Of a stretch of DNA of 64,000 bases, positions 36,433 through 49,017 are shown piece by piece; the stretch's first letter is position 1, and each line of letters begins with the position of its first letter. The DNA lies in NCBI RefSeq assembly GCF_006345805.1, contig NC_043001.1, forward strand, positions 23,436,001-23,500,000. Direction: 5' to 3'. The notes beneath the pieces were generated by a model, which ran no database searches, was not told the origin of the DNA, and saw only the letters and a list, made by a program, of their open reading frames with translations. The stretch is from Octopus sinensis. Its lineage: Eukaryota. Made by a program: the position numbers and the translations under genes.

Positions 36433-36729
36433 TATATATATAAGGTGCAGGAGTGGCTGTGTGGTAAGTAGCTTGTTTACCAGCCACATGGTTCAGGGTT
36501 CAGTCCCACTGCGTGGCACCTTGGGCAAGTGTCTTCTACTATAGCCTCGAGCCGACCAAAGCCTTGTGAGTGGATTTGGTAGACGGAAACTGAAAGAAGC
36601 CCGTCGTATATATGTATATATATATATATATAACGGGAAGCTTTATGAAAATAGACAAAAGACGAAGGCAGGTGGAATACAAACAAACAATTGAAATAGT
36701 ATGGCGCTCAGGAATATAAATAAAACAAG

Positions 36730-36767
36730 TCTTTTATGTTTCGAGCCTACGCTCTTCAACAGAAAGA
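36730..36767 (-). ncRNA. degenerate minimal hammerhead motif inside a PLE-like fragment (36632-36810) nested in a SINE's internal (TA)n
   Basis: Minus strand: TCTTT CTGTTGA A GAGC GTAG GCTC GAAA C A TA AAAGA. The core reads CUGUUGA rather than CUGANGA, and helix III has ACAT for ACGT. Confidence 0.5.
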
Positions 36768-37012
36768 TACACAGAAAAGAAACACGGAGAGAAACAAGGA
36801 GAGAAAAAAATATATGCGTGTGTGTGTTTGTCCCCCCAACATCGCTTGACAACCGATGCTGGTGTATTTATGTCCCCGTCACTTAGCGGTTCGGCAAAAG
36901 AGACCGATAGAATAAGTACTGGGCTTACAAAGAATAAGTCCCGGGGTCGAGTTGCTCGATTAAAGGCGGTGCACCAGCATGGCCACAGTCAAAATGACTG
37001 AAACAAGTAAAA

Positions 37013-37043
<31 letters not shown>

Positions 37044-38190
37044 TTAAAGTGTTATATAACAGCACAGATAAGTAGTATCACATTATATAACATGCTTTTA
37101 TATAACAGCACGAATGAGTAATACCACATGATCATTGCATAGACATATGAGACATGGCATAGTTTTTGTTTGCTTGCCAACCCATGCATGGCAAATAATA
37201 TTACTTAACATTTGGTTCAATACCCAGGGTGAAACACTTTGATTAATATACTCATTGTATTGACAAATATACAAGTGCATATTTTTCTGATTTCTGGCTT
37301 CTTTTACCTATCTGTCTGTCTGTCTGTTATGGTTACATACAGGCATGGTTATATGCTAAAAAGTGTGTTTCCCAATTACATGGTTGTGGGTTCAGTTCCG
37401 TGTTGCACTTTGGGCAAGTGTCTGCTATAGAACTGGGCTGACCCATTTTTGTGAGTGCATTTGGTAGATGGAAACTGAAAGAAGCCGGCGAGCTGGCAGA
37501 AACATTAGCATGCCAGGCGAAATGCTTAGTGTTATTTCTTCTGCTGCTACGTTCTGAGTTCAAATTCTGCTGAGGTTGACTTTGCCTTTCATCCTTTCGG
37601 GGTCGATAAATTAAGTACCAGTTGCATACTGGGGGTCGATGTAATCGACTTAATCCGTCTGTCTGTCCTTGTTTGTTCCCTCTGTGTTTAGCCCCTTGTG
37701 GAAAATAAAGAAATAGGAACTTGAAAGAAGCCTGTTCTATATGTGTGTGTGTGAGTGTTTCCTTCAAGTTTTATTCAAGTTCTTCCTGAGAAAGTTCCTG
37801 ATGTTTGTAAATATGTGGTTGAGTTGGCTGAACTGTCAATTCATTCACCCAAATCATCATCTTTCATCATTTAGCATCTGTTTTCCATGCTAACATGGAT
37901 TAGACAGTTTGACTGGGTCTGGTAAGCCAGAGAGCTGTACCAGGCTCCAGTCTGATATCATCATCATCATCATTGTTTAACATCCATCATCATGCAGGCC
38001 TTCCAAGTGGCCTTTTCCAATCTCTTGAATGTATGGGTAGGATGGTTCACAGGAGCTGGCCAGGTAGAAAAACTACCTTATGCTACTCTGTTTTAGCAGG
38101 GTTTTTATGGCTGGATGCCCTTCTTAATACCAACCACTCTGCAGAAACACATAAGAATCACAGATGGAGAATTTTTTTAAATGTCTTCTG

Positions 38191-38221
<31 letters not shown>

Positions 38222-40199
38222 TGTGTGTGTATGTGTGTGTGTACCTGTTTATCTGTCTGATCATTCTTAGTGCTGCTGATAACCTGTAACCCAGTACAAC
38301 CTGTTGCAAGGTCGGACCATCGGCAAGTAAACTGGCAGACCCCACCAAGCCTCCTTAGTAAGGAGGTTGGTTTTCATTGGACACTGCAGGATGAAAGACA
38401 AAACCTGCCAAAGGACAAATGAACTCTGTCTTTGTTTAGACATTTCTCTAGGAGAAAGAAATTCCTAAATAGCACCCCCTTCATTATGAAACTAGAAATC
38501 TTGCTCTGGCTTGTTTCTAGACTGTTCGTTTTGGAAGGAGAGACTCTTAGTAGCATTGTTTGACTTCAAATTTCAGTACAGGCATTGCTGACAGCCATTG
38601 CCTTTAACATCTAGGATACGATAATTTTTCAGTGATGGTCATCTTCATATATGAGTTGACAGCCACCATGTATCTATGTATAAACATATGTGCACGTACA
38701 CATGAAGACACACACACACACACACATCTATATTTTGTATTTGATTTGCAAGATGTTTTATAAGAACCTACTGGTACATGTGCTGGTGTGCAGGTGACAC
38801 CTAAAAAAAAAACGATTTTTGTTGCCAGTACCGCCTGACTGGCCCTCGTGCCGGTGGCACGTAAAAGCACCCACTACACTCTTGGAGTGGTTGGCGTTAG
38901 GAAGGGCATCCAGCTGTAGAAACTCTGCCAGATCAAGATTGGAGCCTGGTGCAGCCATCGGGTTCACCAGTCCTCAGTCAAATCGTCCAACACGTGCTAG
39001 CATGGAAAGCGGACGTTAAACAATGATGATGATATGCACCAATGTATTGTAACATATTTATTATTTTGGGACAGCGATTTTGCCAATAAAGTCAAATCTC
39101 TTTCTCTCTCTGTCTTAGACAAACACACACACCGATTGTTGACTATTTATGTCTCTTTCTTATGATATATTTTCAAATGTTTATATATACGTGTGTGTTG
39201 TCATGTGATTGTTGTTTACTTGTCTTCATTTTTTACTTGATTATTTTCATTTGCTTACTTTTATTGTTGTTAGCCAAAGAATCTATGTGTATGCATGTTG
39301 TTTTTTGGTGTGATTATGGCTTATCAGGTGTAATTCTTATTGTGTATAGCTGAATTGATGTTGGTCTTATTCTAACCTCATTCTTATTTTATTGTGGAAG
39401 GGATTGGCTATTACTTTGTTTCTCCCAGGGTTTAGTATCACTCTCAGCCTAAGTGTCACTTTGATATTAAAAATCTCTCATATTTGTGGCTCAAATCTTG
39501 TGAAACATTTTTTTTTTCAGTCTTTTTCTTGGGAAAGTTTTTAGGTATTTCTTTTTTATCTTCAGTGCATTCTTTCGTCTATTGATTGAATTCATAGTAT
39601 GCATCAAATTTCCATTACATTACAACTCTGTATTTCCTCTCTTCCCCAGTTACTCTTGTTATTATATTGGCCCAGGTCATACTCAACTGAGCAGACCTGG
39701 AATCAAAAGTATTCCAGAAAACTTGGGACCACCTTATCGATCAGTTTACCTTAATGTATGCATGCATGCATTAAGGTAAACTGATCGATAAGGCAGAATG
39801 ATAAATAAGACAGGGAAAGTCCTTGGTCCATTGGGAATTACCATTGAGATGTTTAAGATATCTGAAGAGTAGGATACAGCCTAGTCATCTGTATAGTTAA
39901 TCAGATTATTCAGGACTATAATACTGCTACAATAGTAAAGGAAGTAATAACATCACCACCATCACCACTGTAATGGGTGGATCTTCTTGAGTACAGCAAG
40001 ATGCCAGTCTGCTCAGTCCTTTGCCATCTCCTCCGTAAGGTTTAACATCTTGAGATCAACCTTCAGTAGTTTGCCCTATGTCTTTCTAGATCTACCTTTT
40101 CCATGAGTTCCATCCATTTGAAGCAATCAACACTTCTTTATGCTGCTGTCACCCTCCATACACTTCACATGACCAAATCAATGCAGTTTTTTTCTTTTG

Positions 40200-40785
40200 C
40201 ATGCTACATTTGATTCTTCTTATGCCTAACTTTTCTCTCAACCCAATTAATTAGGAACAAAATTAGATGAGAGGAAATGCAGTTTGACATTGTGCCAAGT
40301 ACTTCTGACACTATCTTTTTAGTCAGACAGTTGCAGAAGTATACAGTTAATGATAAACCATTGTACATAGCATTCATTGACCTGGAGAAAGTCTTCAACA
40401 GAGTATCTCAGTCTGTGATATGGTGGTCTTTCAGGAAACTAAGGATTGATGAATGGTTTGTGAAAGTTGTACAAGCCATGTACAAGAGTGCTATCTGTGA
40501 GATAAGAGTACACTGATGAATATAATGTACAGGTAGGCAACTCCGGGGCTCAGTTCTCAGTCCCCTCCTATTCATCATCATCTGCCAGGCCATAACAAAG
40601 GAATTTAAAACCAGCTTCTCTTGGAAAATACTATTAGCTGATGATTGTGCTCTCATAGCAGAATCTGTAACAGAGTTGGAAAAGAAATTCCATATGTCGG
40701 AGTAAGACCTAGAATGAAAGGGCCTTAAAGTTAACATAGCGAAGGTCAAAGTTCTAGCAAGCAAGAAAATAGACAAGACTACTCA
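40200..40785 (+). mobile_element. RTE-clade RT fragment
   Basis: DTIFLVRQLQ..KPLYIAFIDLEKVFNRV and, in further frames, QGSVLSPLLFIII and LLADDCAL; frameshifted. Confidence 0.85.
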
Positions 40786-41029
40786 TCATCATCATCATCA
40801 TCATCAATATTTAATGTCTGGCATGGGTTGGATGGCTTGACAAGAACTAGCAAGGCCAGGAGCTGTTCAGGTTTGCTTCCTACAGCTGGATACACTTCTT
40901 AATACCAACCACTCCACAGAGTGTACTGGGTGCTTTTTACATTGTACCAGCACCAGTGGTTTCTACATGGCACCAGCACCCATACTAGTCCTTTTTATGT
41001 GATACCTTGGTTTTAGGATCTCAATTCTG

Positions 41030-41300
41030 TTGTGGTGAGCAGGTCTTCTTGAGTGCAGCAATACGCAACATATCTCATTCCTCTCTTGTCTCCTTCAAAA
41101 GGTTTGTTGTTTTGAGATCAGCCTTCAGTACTTCATCTCATGTCTTCCTGGGGCTTCCTCTTTCACAACTTCCCACCAATTGGTCCTGCCCAGTATATAA
41201 CAAAGGAATTCTATATGGTGTACCCAGGATGAGCTATGGACACACAAGAGGTGCAGTGGAATCATAAGAAGTTTAACAGAGAAAGTAATGTTTGTGTACG
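41030..41300 (-). mobile_element. degraded RTE C-terminal fragment
   Basis: The minus strand contains an RKT*DEVLKADL-like motif matching the RTE C-terminus. Confidence 0.55.
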
Positions 41301-43168
41301 GGAGCTGCATAGGAACCATAAAGACTACAGATAAACAGGAAATTGATTTTTCTCAAATGCCCTAGAAGCTTTCTAAATTCACTACTCTCAGTACTTTTCC
41401 CCCTGCTAGTTGAGAGGTTTTTGTGTTGCAAGTTACCTGGTGACCCTGTCAAAGCTGGTGCTATGTAAAAAGTACCAGTACATTCTGTAAAGTGGTTGGC
41501 ATAAGGAAGACCATCCAGTCAGAGAGGCCATGCCAAAGCGGAAATAAAACATGACACAGTCCTCTGGCTTGCCAGCTTCTGTCAGACCACCCAGCTCATA
41601 CCAGCATAGAAAAACAGATGTTAAATGATGATGAAGATGAAGAAGTGAAAGGAAAGCTAAAAGAAATCAGTTTTCACTGCTTTCATCTGACATAGTCTCA
41701 TTCTTTTCTTTTCTTTCTTTTACTTGTTTCAGTCATTTGACTGCGGCCATGCTGGAGCACCGCCTTTAGTCGAGCAACTCGACCCCGGGACTTATTCTTT
41801 TGTAAGCCCAGTACTTATTCTGTCGGTCTCTTTTGCCGAACTGCTAAGTAATGGGGACGAAAACACACCAGCATCGGTTGTCAAGCAATGCTAGGGGGAC
41901 AAACACAGACACACAAACACACACATGCATACATATATATGCATATATACAATGGGCTTCTTTCAGTTTCCGTCTACCAAATCCACTTACAAGGTTTTGG
42001 TCGGCCCGGGGTTATAGTAGAAGACACTTGCCCAAGGTACCACGTAGTGGGACTGAACCCGGAACCATGTGGTTGGTAAACAAGCTACTTACCACACAGC
42101 CACTCCTGCGCCTATGAACTTTAGTTCTCAAGATGAGCTCACTGATTACAAGTATAACTAGAATAGTTTTTGGAAAATAAACAGGTGGGATTATGAAATT
42201 GTTTCTTTTAGTTGAATAGAGGAAACTGATGTCAATGAAAATCTTGAAGAAAAAAGAAATATTTTTAATAATGTCTTTGTTAATAAGAACTTCGTAGTTG
42301 TATTTTGACTTGAAGTGAAAAATGACATCTGTGAAATATTCATTGAATGGGACTTCTTTGAAAGAAAACTGCAAATTGTATACAGAATAAAGAATATGTC
42401 TTATTTCTGAGAATATGAAAACTAATTGATAATAAAATTTGTATTTAACCTTTAACAGTTTAACCAGGAGTGGCTGTGTGGTAAGTAGCTTGCTAACCAA
42501 CCACATGGTTCCGGGTTCAGTCCCACTGCGTGGCATCTTGGGCGAGTGTCTTCTGCTATAGCCCCGGGCCGACCAATGCCTTGTGAGTGGATTTGGTAGA
42601 CGGAAACTGAAAGAAGCCTGTCGTATATATGTATATATATATATGTGTGTGTGTTTGTGTGTCTGTATTTGTCCCCCTAGCATTGCTTGACAACCGATGC
42701 TGGTGTGTTTACGTCCCCGTTACTTAGCGGTTCGGCAAAAAAGAGACCGATAGAATAAGTACTGGGCTTACAAAGAATAAGTCCCGGGGTCGATTTGCTC
42801 AACTAAAGGCGGTGCTGCAGCATGGCCGCAGTCAAATGACTGAAACAAGTAAAAGAGTAAAAGAGTATACCATTGTGTTGGATGTCAGTTCTGTTTTGGT
42901 GCCTTTGTTTAAACAGCATTCTAGAATTACTGAAACAATTATTTGTTATGTAAATTGTTGTTATAGCTCAGAATTAAACAACTTGATAAAATACTCAAAT
43001 CGGCACAAGTGTAGCTGTGTGGTTAAGAAGCTTGCTTTGCAAGCATGTGGTCTTGGGTTCAGTCCTACACTGTCCACCTTGAGGAAGCATTTTCTACTAT
43101 AGCCCTAATGTGACCAAAACTTTATGGGTTGAAAAGAAGTCTGTTGTGTGTATGTGTACATATGTGTG

Positions 43169-43213
<45 letters not shown>

Positions 43214-43554
43214 CTAATATATATAATATTATTAGTGAATTGAAGAAATGGAGTTGAACGAAGATTGAACAGAATTCCTTTTATTGCATTCTACACATGT
43301 TTCAAAAGCCACAATTTTCCAATTCTGATAAATAAGGATACCATATTGCTCGATATGTAAGTATAGAAGCCATCTTATCATGGCTAACCACATTGGGGAG
43401 GGGATCTCTTGGGGCTATAAAGCTACAGTAACACCCCCTCCCCAATGTGGTTAGCCATGATAAGATGGCTTCTATACTTTACAATATGTATATATATATT
43501 ATATATATATATATACATATTGTAAAGTATAGAAGCCATCTTATCATGGCTAAC

Positions 43555-43600
<46 letters not shown>

Positions 43601-43634
43601 ACTTTATTTTAAGCAGCAGAAAATTCAACAAAAT

Positions 43635-43672
43635 CTGTTACTCTGAGTTTCTCGTTGCCGTTCATCAGACAG
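43635..43672 (-). ncRNA. minimal type I hammerhead motif; predicted cleavage GUA|ACAG
   Basis: Minus strand: CTGT CTGATGA A CG GCAA CG A GAAA CTC A GAG TA ACAG. The core is intact, helix I is 4 bp, helix II is a 2-bp stem with a GNRA loop, and helix III is near-palindromic. Confidence 0.65.
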
Positions 43673-44639
43673 TTTTTGCTAGAATGGAACATATATATTA
43701 ATTCAATCTATACTCTTACAAACGCTACACCTTTAAAAAGAAATGGACTTGTTTGATTGGCCCTTTAGAAAAAACGGTCAATCTTCGAGCGATAAACAAA
43801 AAGGTCAAAAAATATATATAAATATTGTAAAGTATAGAAGCCATCTTATCATGGCTAACCACATTGGGGAGCGGGTGTTACTGTAGCTTTATAGCCCCAA
43901 GAGATCCCCTCCCCAATGTGGTTAGCCATGATAAGATGGCTTCTATACTTGACATTATCGAGCGATTACTGTTTCAATCTCATTCTGAGATTTAATTATG
44001 CTATATATCTATATATATAAAACTGTAGTTGTGTGAGTGTCTGTCCCCTTCGATTTAGATTCTTAACTACTCCCACATTTTGCGGTGCAGTTTAACCAAA
44101 AGCGGATATCTTATAGTCGTGATTCATATCGAGCCCTTCTGGGTATTAGCGCGCGTCTACAATGAGTCTACGATTTAAAAAAAAATTTACCATAATTTTT
44201 TATTCCATTTTAATGCATTTTTCGCTATTATATATGGGAAGTAACTCTCTAAAAATGTCTACGATGAGTCAACGATTTTAAAAAAAAATTACCATCACTT
44301 TTTATTCCATTTTTAATGCATTTTTTGCTATAACTCACTAAAAATGCTTATATAGTTATTTCCCTTACAAACCCAAGCAACGCCGGGTGATACTGCTAAT
44401 ACGTACATATATTTAAATAAATAAGGATAAGATTATTAGTTTAAATATCAATCTTATCAAGTGGCCAGCATGGGAATAAAAAACTTCAAAGATAATAATT
44501 ATTAAAGATAAAATTATTATAATCTAGGGTATCTAAGAGATACTGCCACGCTGGAAATAGCAGCCAAAACCTGACTCTAAAACCATATTAAATGTTCATA
44601 CAGCACCAGGAGAGAAGACAAAAAGACAAAATAAACTAG

Positions 44640-45280
44640 TAAATTTGAAGGAATCAGTGTTCAGTGTTGTTGACAGGAAGAATAGAGCCTATCTGATGAT
44701 AGGTTTAGCCATGAATTTTGAACTTTTGTATATAGGAGTCTTCATGAATGGGTTGGTGACGAAAACTTGTCATCAGGAAGACAGTTATAAGCGCAAATTT
44801 TCTGTATCAATTGCTGTGAATCAGGGTGTTGACCTAGAAGTAAAGAGAGGAAAAGCTGAGGAATGTTTTGTAGGTCATGCAAGTGAACCTTACTGTTTGA
44901 GCAGCATAGGCTACTGAATTCTCCAACCCGCTTCAGGGCCTTGCAAAATGGACATATTACAGACATATCTCCTGTAACAGTCTTTCGATGAGTGGCGTCA
45001 TCCTCAGCAGGATCATAGTTGAGCACCTATGATGCCCATCGACTACTCAGTGGCTTCCAATAACCATGGGAAAGAACCTTCCGGTGACCATTAGACTGAA
45101 GTCTCATCATCCAATGGTTATCATCATCTGCCAACCTCACTGCAAAAGTGGATGCAGTGTTGCATGCCTGACGAATAGCACGCTTTTGTGAGGCATCTGT
45201 GGCCCTTGCGTCAGCAGCTTGCACTCAATAGGTTTCCCGCTGCTCCGGTGTACTTGCAGCTCTAGCAGTGGCAGCTCTTT
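44640..45280 (-). mobile_element. Helitron Rep/helicase N-terminal remnant
   Basis: GDMSVICPFCKALKRVGEFSSLCCSNSKVHL...PQLFLSLLLGQHPDSQQLIQKICAYN matches the Helitron C..C.A....E....CC..GKV.L and IR.YN region. Confidence 0.8.
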
Positions 45281-45452
45281 TCAATAGGAGTGGCTGTGTG
45301 GTAAGTAGTTTGCTTACCAACCACATGGTTCCAGGTTCAGGTCCCACTGCGTGTCACCTTGGGCAAGTGTCTTCTACTATAGCCTCGGGCCAACCGAAGC
45401 CTTGTGAGTGGATTTGGTAGATGGAAACTGAAAGAAGCCTGTCGAATATATG

Positions 45453-45499
<47 letters not shown>

Positions 45500-47129
45500 T
45501 TGTGAGTCTGTGTTTGTCCCCCCAACATCGCTTGACAACCGATGCTGGTGTGTTTACGTCCCCGTAACTTAGCGGTTCGGCAAAAGAGACCGATAGAATA
45601 AGTACTAGGCTTACAAAGAATAAGTCCTGGGGCCGATTTGCTTGACTAAAGGTGGTGCTCCAGCATGGCCACAGTCAAATGACTGAAACAACTAAAAGAG
45701 TTATAAGAGTAAAAGTGAGTCTACAGGAACCTCTGGTCCTCAGTTTCCTTAGCCTGCCAGTGCTGTTGCCTTGCCACAGCAGAAGATTTTCTGCCAGTGC
45801 ATGCTCTCTTTTTGGATGGTATGCTTGTATTATCAGGAAAAGGAAAATGGGTTTTAGTATACTAAGTGATTGTCAATTCTATTATAAACTAACAAAAGCC
45901 CCATTATTCTCTCTTCCCACATAGCCTGCCCATAAAGTAACAGCAAATACTGCATAAAGTAAAATTGGGATGGAGCTTTCTGAAAGATACATTTAGCTTT
46001 TACAAGTGGTAGCAAAACTCTTATTTAACCCTTTAGTGTTCAGATTATTCAATCAAACATAATGCCTATTGATTCCCATTGATTTGAATTAATCATGCAT
46101 TATCTCATATCTTCAAGATCTTGATGGTGTGATTACTTAATGTAGAATAACATTGTAGGGTAGGTGTGAGAGCCTGGATCTGGTCAGTTTGAACATAAAA
46201 CAGACTAGCTATTTTGGCCAGATATGGCCAGTTTAAATACTAAAGGGTTAAAGGTTGATACTTTGGGATGAATCACCTGTGATTGTTTAAAAAGGGCTAG
46301 AACCTCAACGCTAAAACATATTTGAAATAATGGACAATGGTCAAAATACCATAACAGATGGGTAAATTAAGCAACTCCATTCATCACTGTATTTATTTTG
46401 TGATGCTCTGTGTTTCTTTCAATTAATTTTAAATATAACAAAGAATTTAGTAAAATAACTTAGTTATCATTAAGCTAGTGTTAGGAACATAAATTGCGAC
46501 TAAGGTTTGGTGGAAGATTTTAATTCAAAACTTATGAAAACAAGACATTTGTACTACAGAGCCAGAGTCGGTTTTGGCCAGGTTGGTAATGAAAGGGTTA
46601 AAGTGAAACAACAAGTTGGTAGATAAACAAAGAAATTTACAAATAGAAGAGAGGAAATGGAGCATCACCTTCAAAGTAACTCAGAATAGGTAAAGGTAAG
46701 CTTTCCAAAGTTTACTGCAGCTTAAATATGGAGATTATGATTGCTTGGTATTGGATATTCATTGCGCACAGTGTTCCTAGTCAATTTAATCACAGTCAAA
46801 AATATTCTCTAATGCCAACATACAATGGATATAAATTTAAAAAGTATGGAATACCCTACATACAAAAAAACTATGTACATACAATGACTTTGGAAAATTT
46901 TTTAAATTAACATAAACATTTATTTACATGCAAACTAAAATGACAGCTTCCAAAACCTATTTCATGACTGGGTCACCGTGCAGGTGGAAAGATTAAAGAA
47001 ATATGGAAGATCTTACACACATACACACACACAAACATGTGTGTGTGTGTAAGATCTTCCATACTTCTTTAATCTTTTTATAAAAGTGAAAGGATATATA
47101 TATATATATATAAAACGATTAACGTCGCC

Positions 47130-47385
47130 CTTTTCAAGCATAGCCAGGCTCAAGGGCCCGGCTTCCTGGTTTCTGTGACATATGTGTTCCTCCCAGCTGG
47201 ACTGGACGCCAGTCCATTGCAGCATTACTCAAGAAACAGGAAGAGAGAGTGAGAGAAAGTTGGGGCGAAAGATTACAACAGTGGTCGCCACCTCCCCCTG
47301 CTAAGCCTCGTGGAGCTTTTAGTTGTTTTCGCTCAGTAAACACACACAACGCCCTGTCTGGGAATCGAAACCGCGAGTCCGTTGC
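47130..47385 (-). mobile_element. tRNA-derived SINE, 5'-truncated (family of 25935-26214)
   Basis: Shared CCAGCTGGAC..GACGCCAGTCCA and GGGAATCGAAACCGCG segments. Confidence 0.75.
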
Positions 47386-47769
47386 CCTAACCAGGGAAAA
47401 AAAGAACCTTTCAAGAGGGGAGGTGGCATTGAGGAGGGTGATCTTGTGTTGGAAGATGAACCGTTATAGTGAGACAGAGAGACAGAAACAGGTGTCTTGC
47501 TATTGAGTAGGTATAAGGTTACCTGGCTGGAGAGAGAGAAATGTCAGGAATGAAGACAAAAACAGGTGTGCTGCTGCAAAGGAAATACATGGTTACCCAA
47601 CCTGAGGGAAGTGCAGGTGAAGGGGAGAGAGAGAGTGGGAGACAGCAAGATAGAAAGGGAATGGAGTGAAAGTATTTGAAAGTAGAGTGAAAGTGTTGAA
47701 GAGGTCAGGATAGTACATGCAATACTCAAGAGATATTTAAAGAAGGATGTTACAATAGAGAAGGTGAAT

Positions 47770-48080
47770 CACAATGACCTTTTTTGTTCACAGTTTGTGA
47801 CAGGCCAAGCCTTTCTTTTGCTGGGTTGAAATCTCATTTGTGGATCCATGGAAAACAAACCTCCACCAACTATTCTGCCTATATATCTGTGTACACCTTT
47901 CAATGCCATGTATATCATACGATCTGCAAATCTAACAGAGGCCTCAAAAGACATTTTAAGATCCACAAAGATCAGAATTTAACTGCAGCTCTTGGTGGTC
48001 CAAATCAGATATGCAAATCTATGTGGATGTCTTTTCAAAACATTGTCCAGTTTAAAAAACCACATCAGACATCATGATGG
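47770..48080 (+). mobile_element. LINE (RTE-like) C-terminal zinc-finger fragment; similar fragment at 57950-58110
   Basis: TVCDRPSLSFAGLKSHL here and [22 protein letters not shown] at about 58017-58085 resemble C..C.R.C.S..GL.SH LINE C-termini. Confidence 0.55.
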
Positions 48081-48976
48081 ATCTAAGGTGTAGGGTCAAG
48101 AAATAGTCGAATTCTTCATAAGGAAGCTTGCCCTATTTTTAAAGGGAGTTCAAGATCATCATTATCATCCGCTTTCCATGCTGGCATGGGTGGGACAGTT
48201 TGATAAGAACTGGCCAGGCAGAAGCCTGTGCTAGACTTCTGTAACTGTTTTGGCAGGATTTTTACAGTTGGATGCCCTTTATAATACCAACCACTCATCA
48301 GAGTGGACTTAGTGCTTCATGGCTCAAATTGGTATATGTTTTGAATAGGGTTTGCCTAAGGTGCCATGTAGTGGGACTGAACCCGGAACCATATGGTTGG
48401 GAAGCAAGTATTTTACCACACAGCCACACCTGCACTTTATATATATATATATGTATTTAGCTTAATGGTAGAGCAATCAGCATGTATCTGAGGGTTATTG
48501 GGTTCAATTAACATAGCCACCTACTGGCAACTTTACTCTTTTACTTGTTTCAGTCATTTGACTGCGGCCATGCTGGAGCACCGCCTTTAGTCGAGCAAAT
48601 CGACCCTGGGACTTATTCTTTGTAAGCCCAGTAATTATTCTATCGGTCTCTTTTGCCGAACCACTAAGTGACGGGGACGTAAACACACCAGCATCGGTTG
48701 TCAAGCAATGCTAGGGGGACAAACACAGACACACAAACGCATATATATATATATATACATATATACGACAGGCTTCTTTCAGTTTCCGTCTACCAAATCC
48801 ACTCACAAGGCTTTGGTCGGCCCGAGGCTATAGTAGAAGACACTTGCCCAAGGTACCACACAGTGGGAGTGAACCAGGAACCATGTGGTTCGTAAACAAG
48901 CTACTTACCACACAGCCACTCCTGCGCCTATTTTATTATTATATATTTATTATTCTTTAACAAGAATAATATTGTT

Positions 48977-49017
48977 GGTGACTCTGAAGTTTCAGCTAGC
49001 TAAGTCATCATCAGCCT
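48977..49017 (-). ncRNA. degenerate hammerhead-like motif
   Basis: Minus strand: AGG CTGATGA TGACTTAGCTAGCT GAAA CT TCAG AG TC ACC. The core and helix III are present; helices I and II are imperfect. Confidence 0.4.

Noticed and set aside
43288-43303. Half hammerhead GAAACATGTGTA|GAAT on the minus strand
   Set aside because: No CUGANGA or helix I partner was found upstream, so it is at best a truncated remnant and is not counted.
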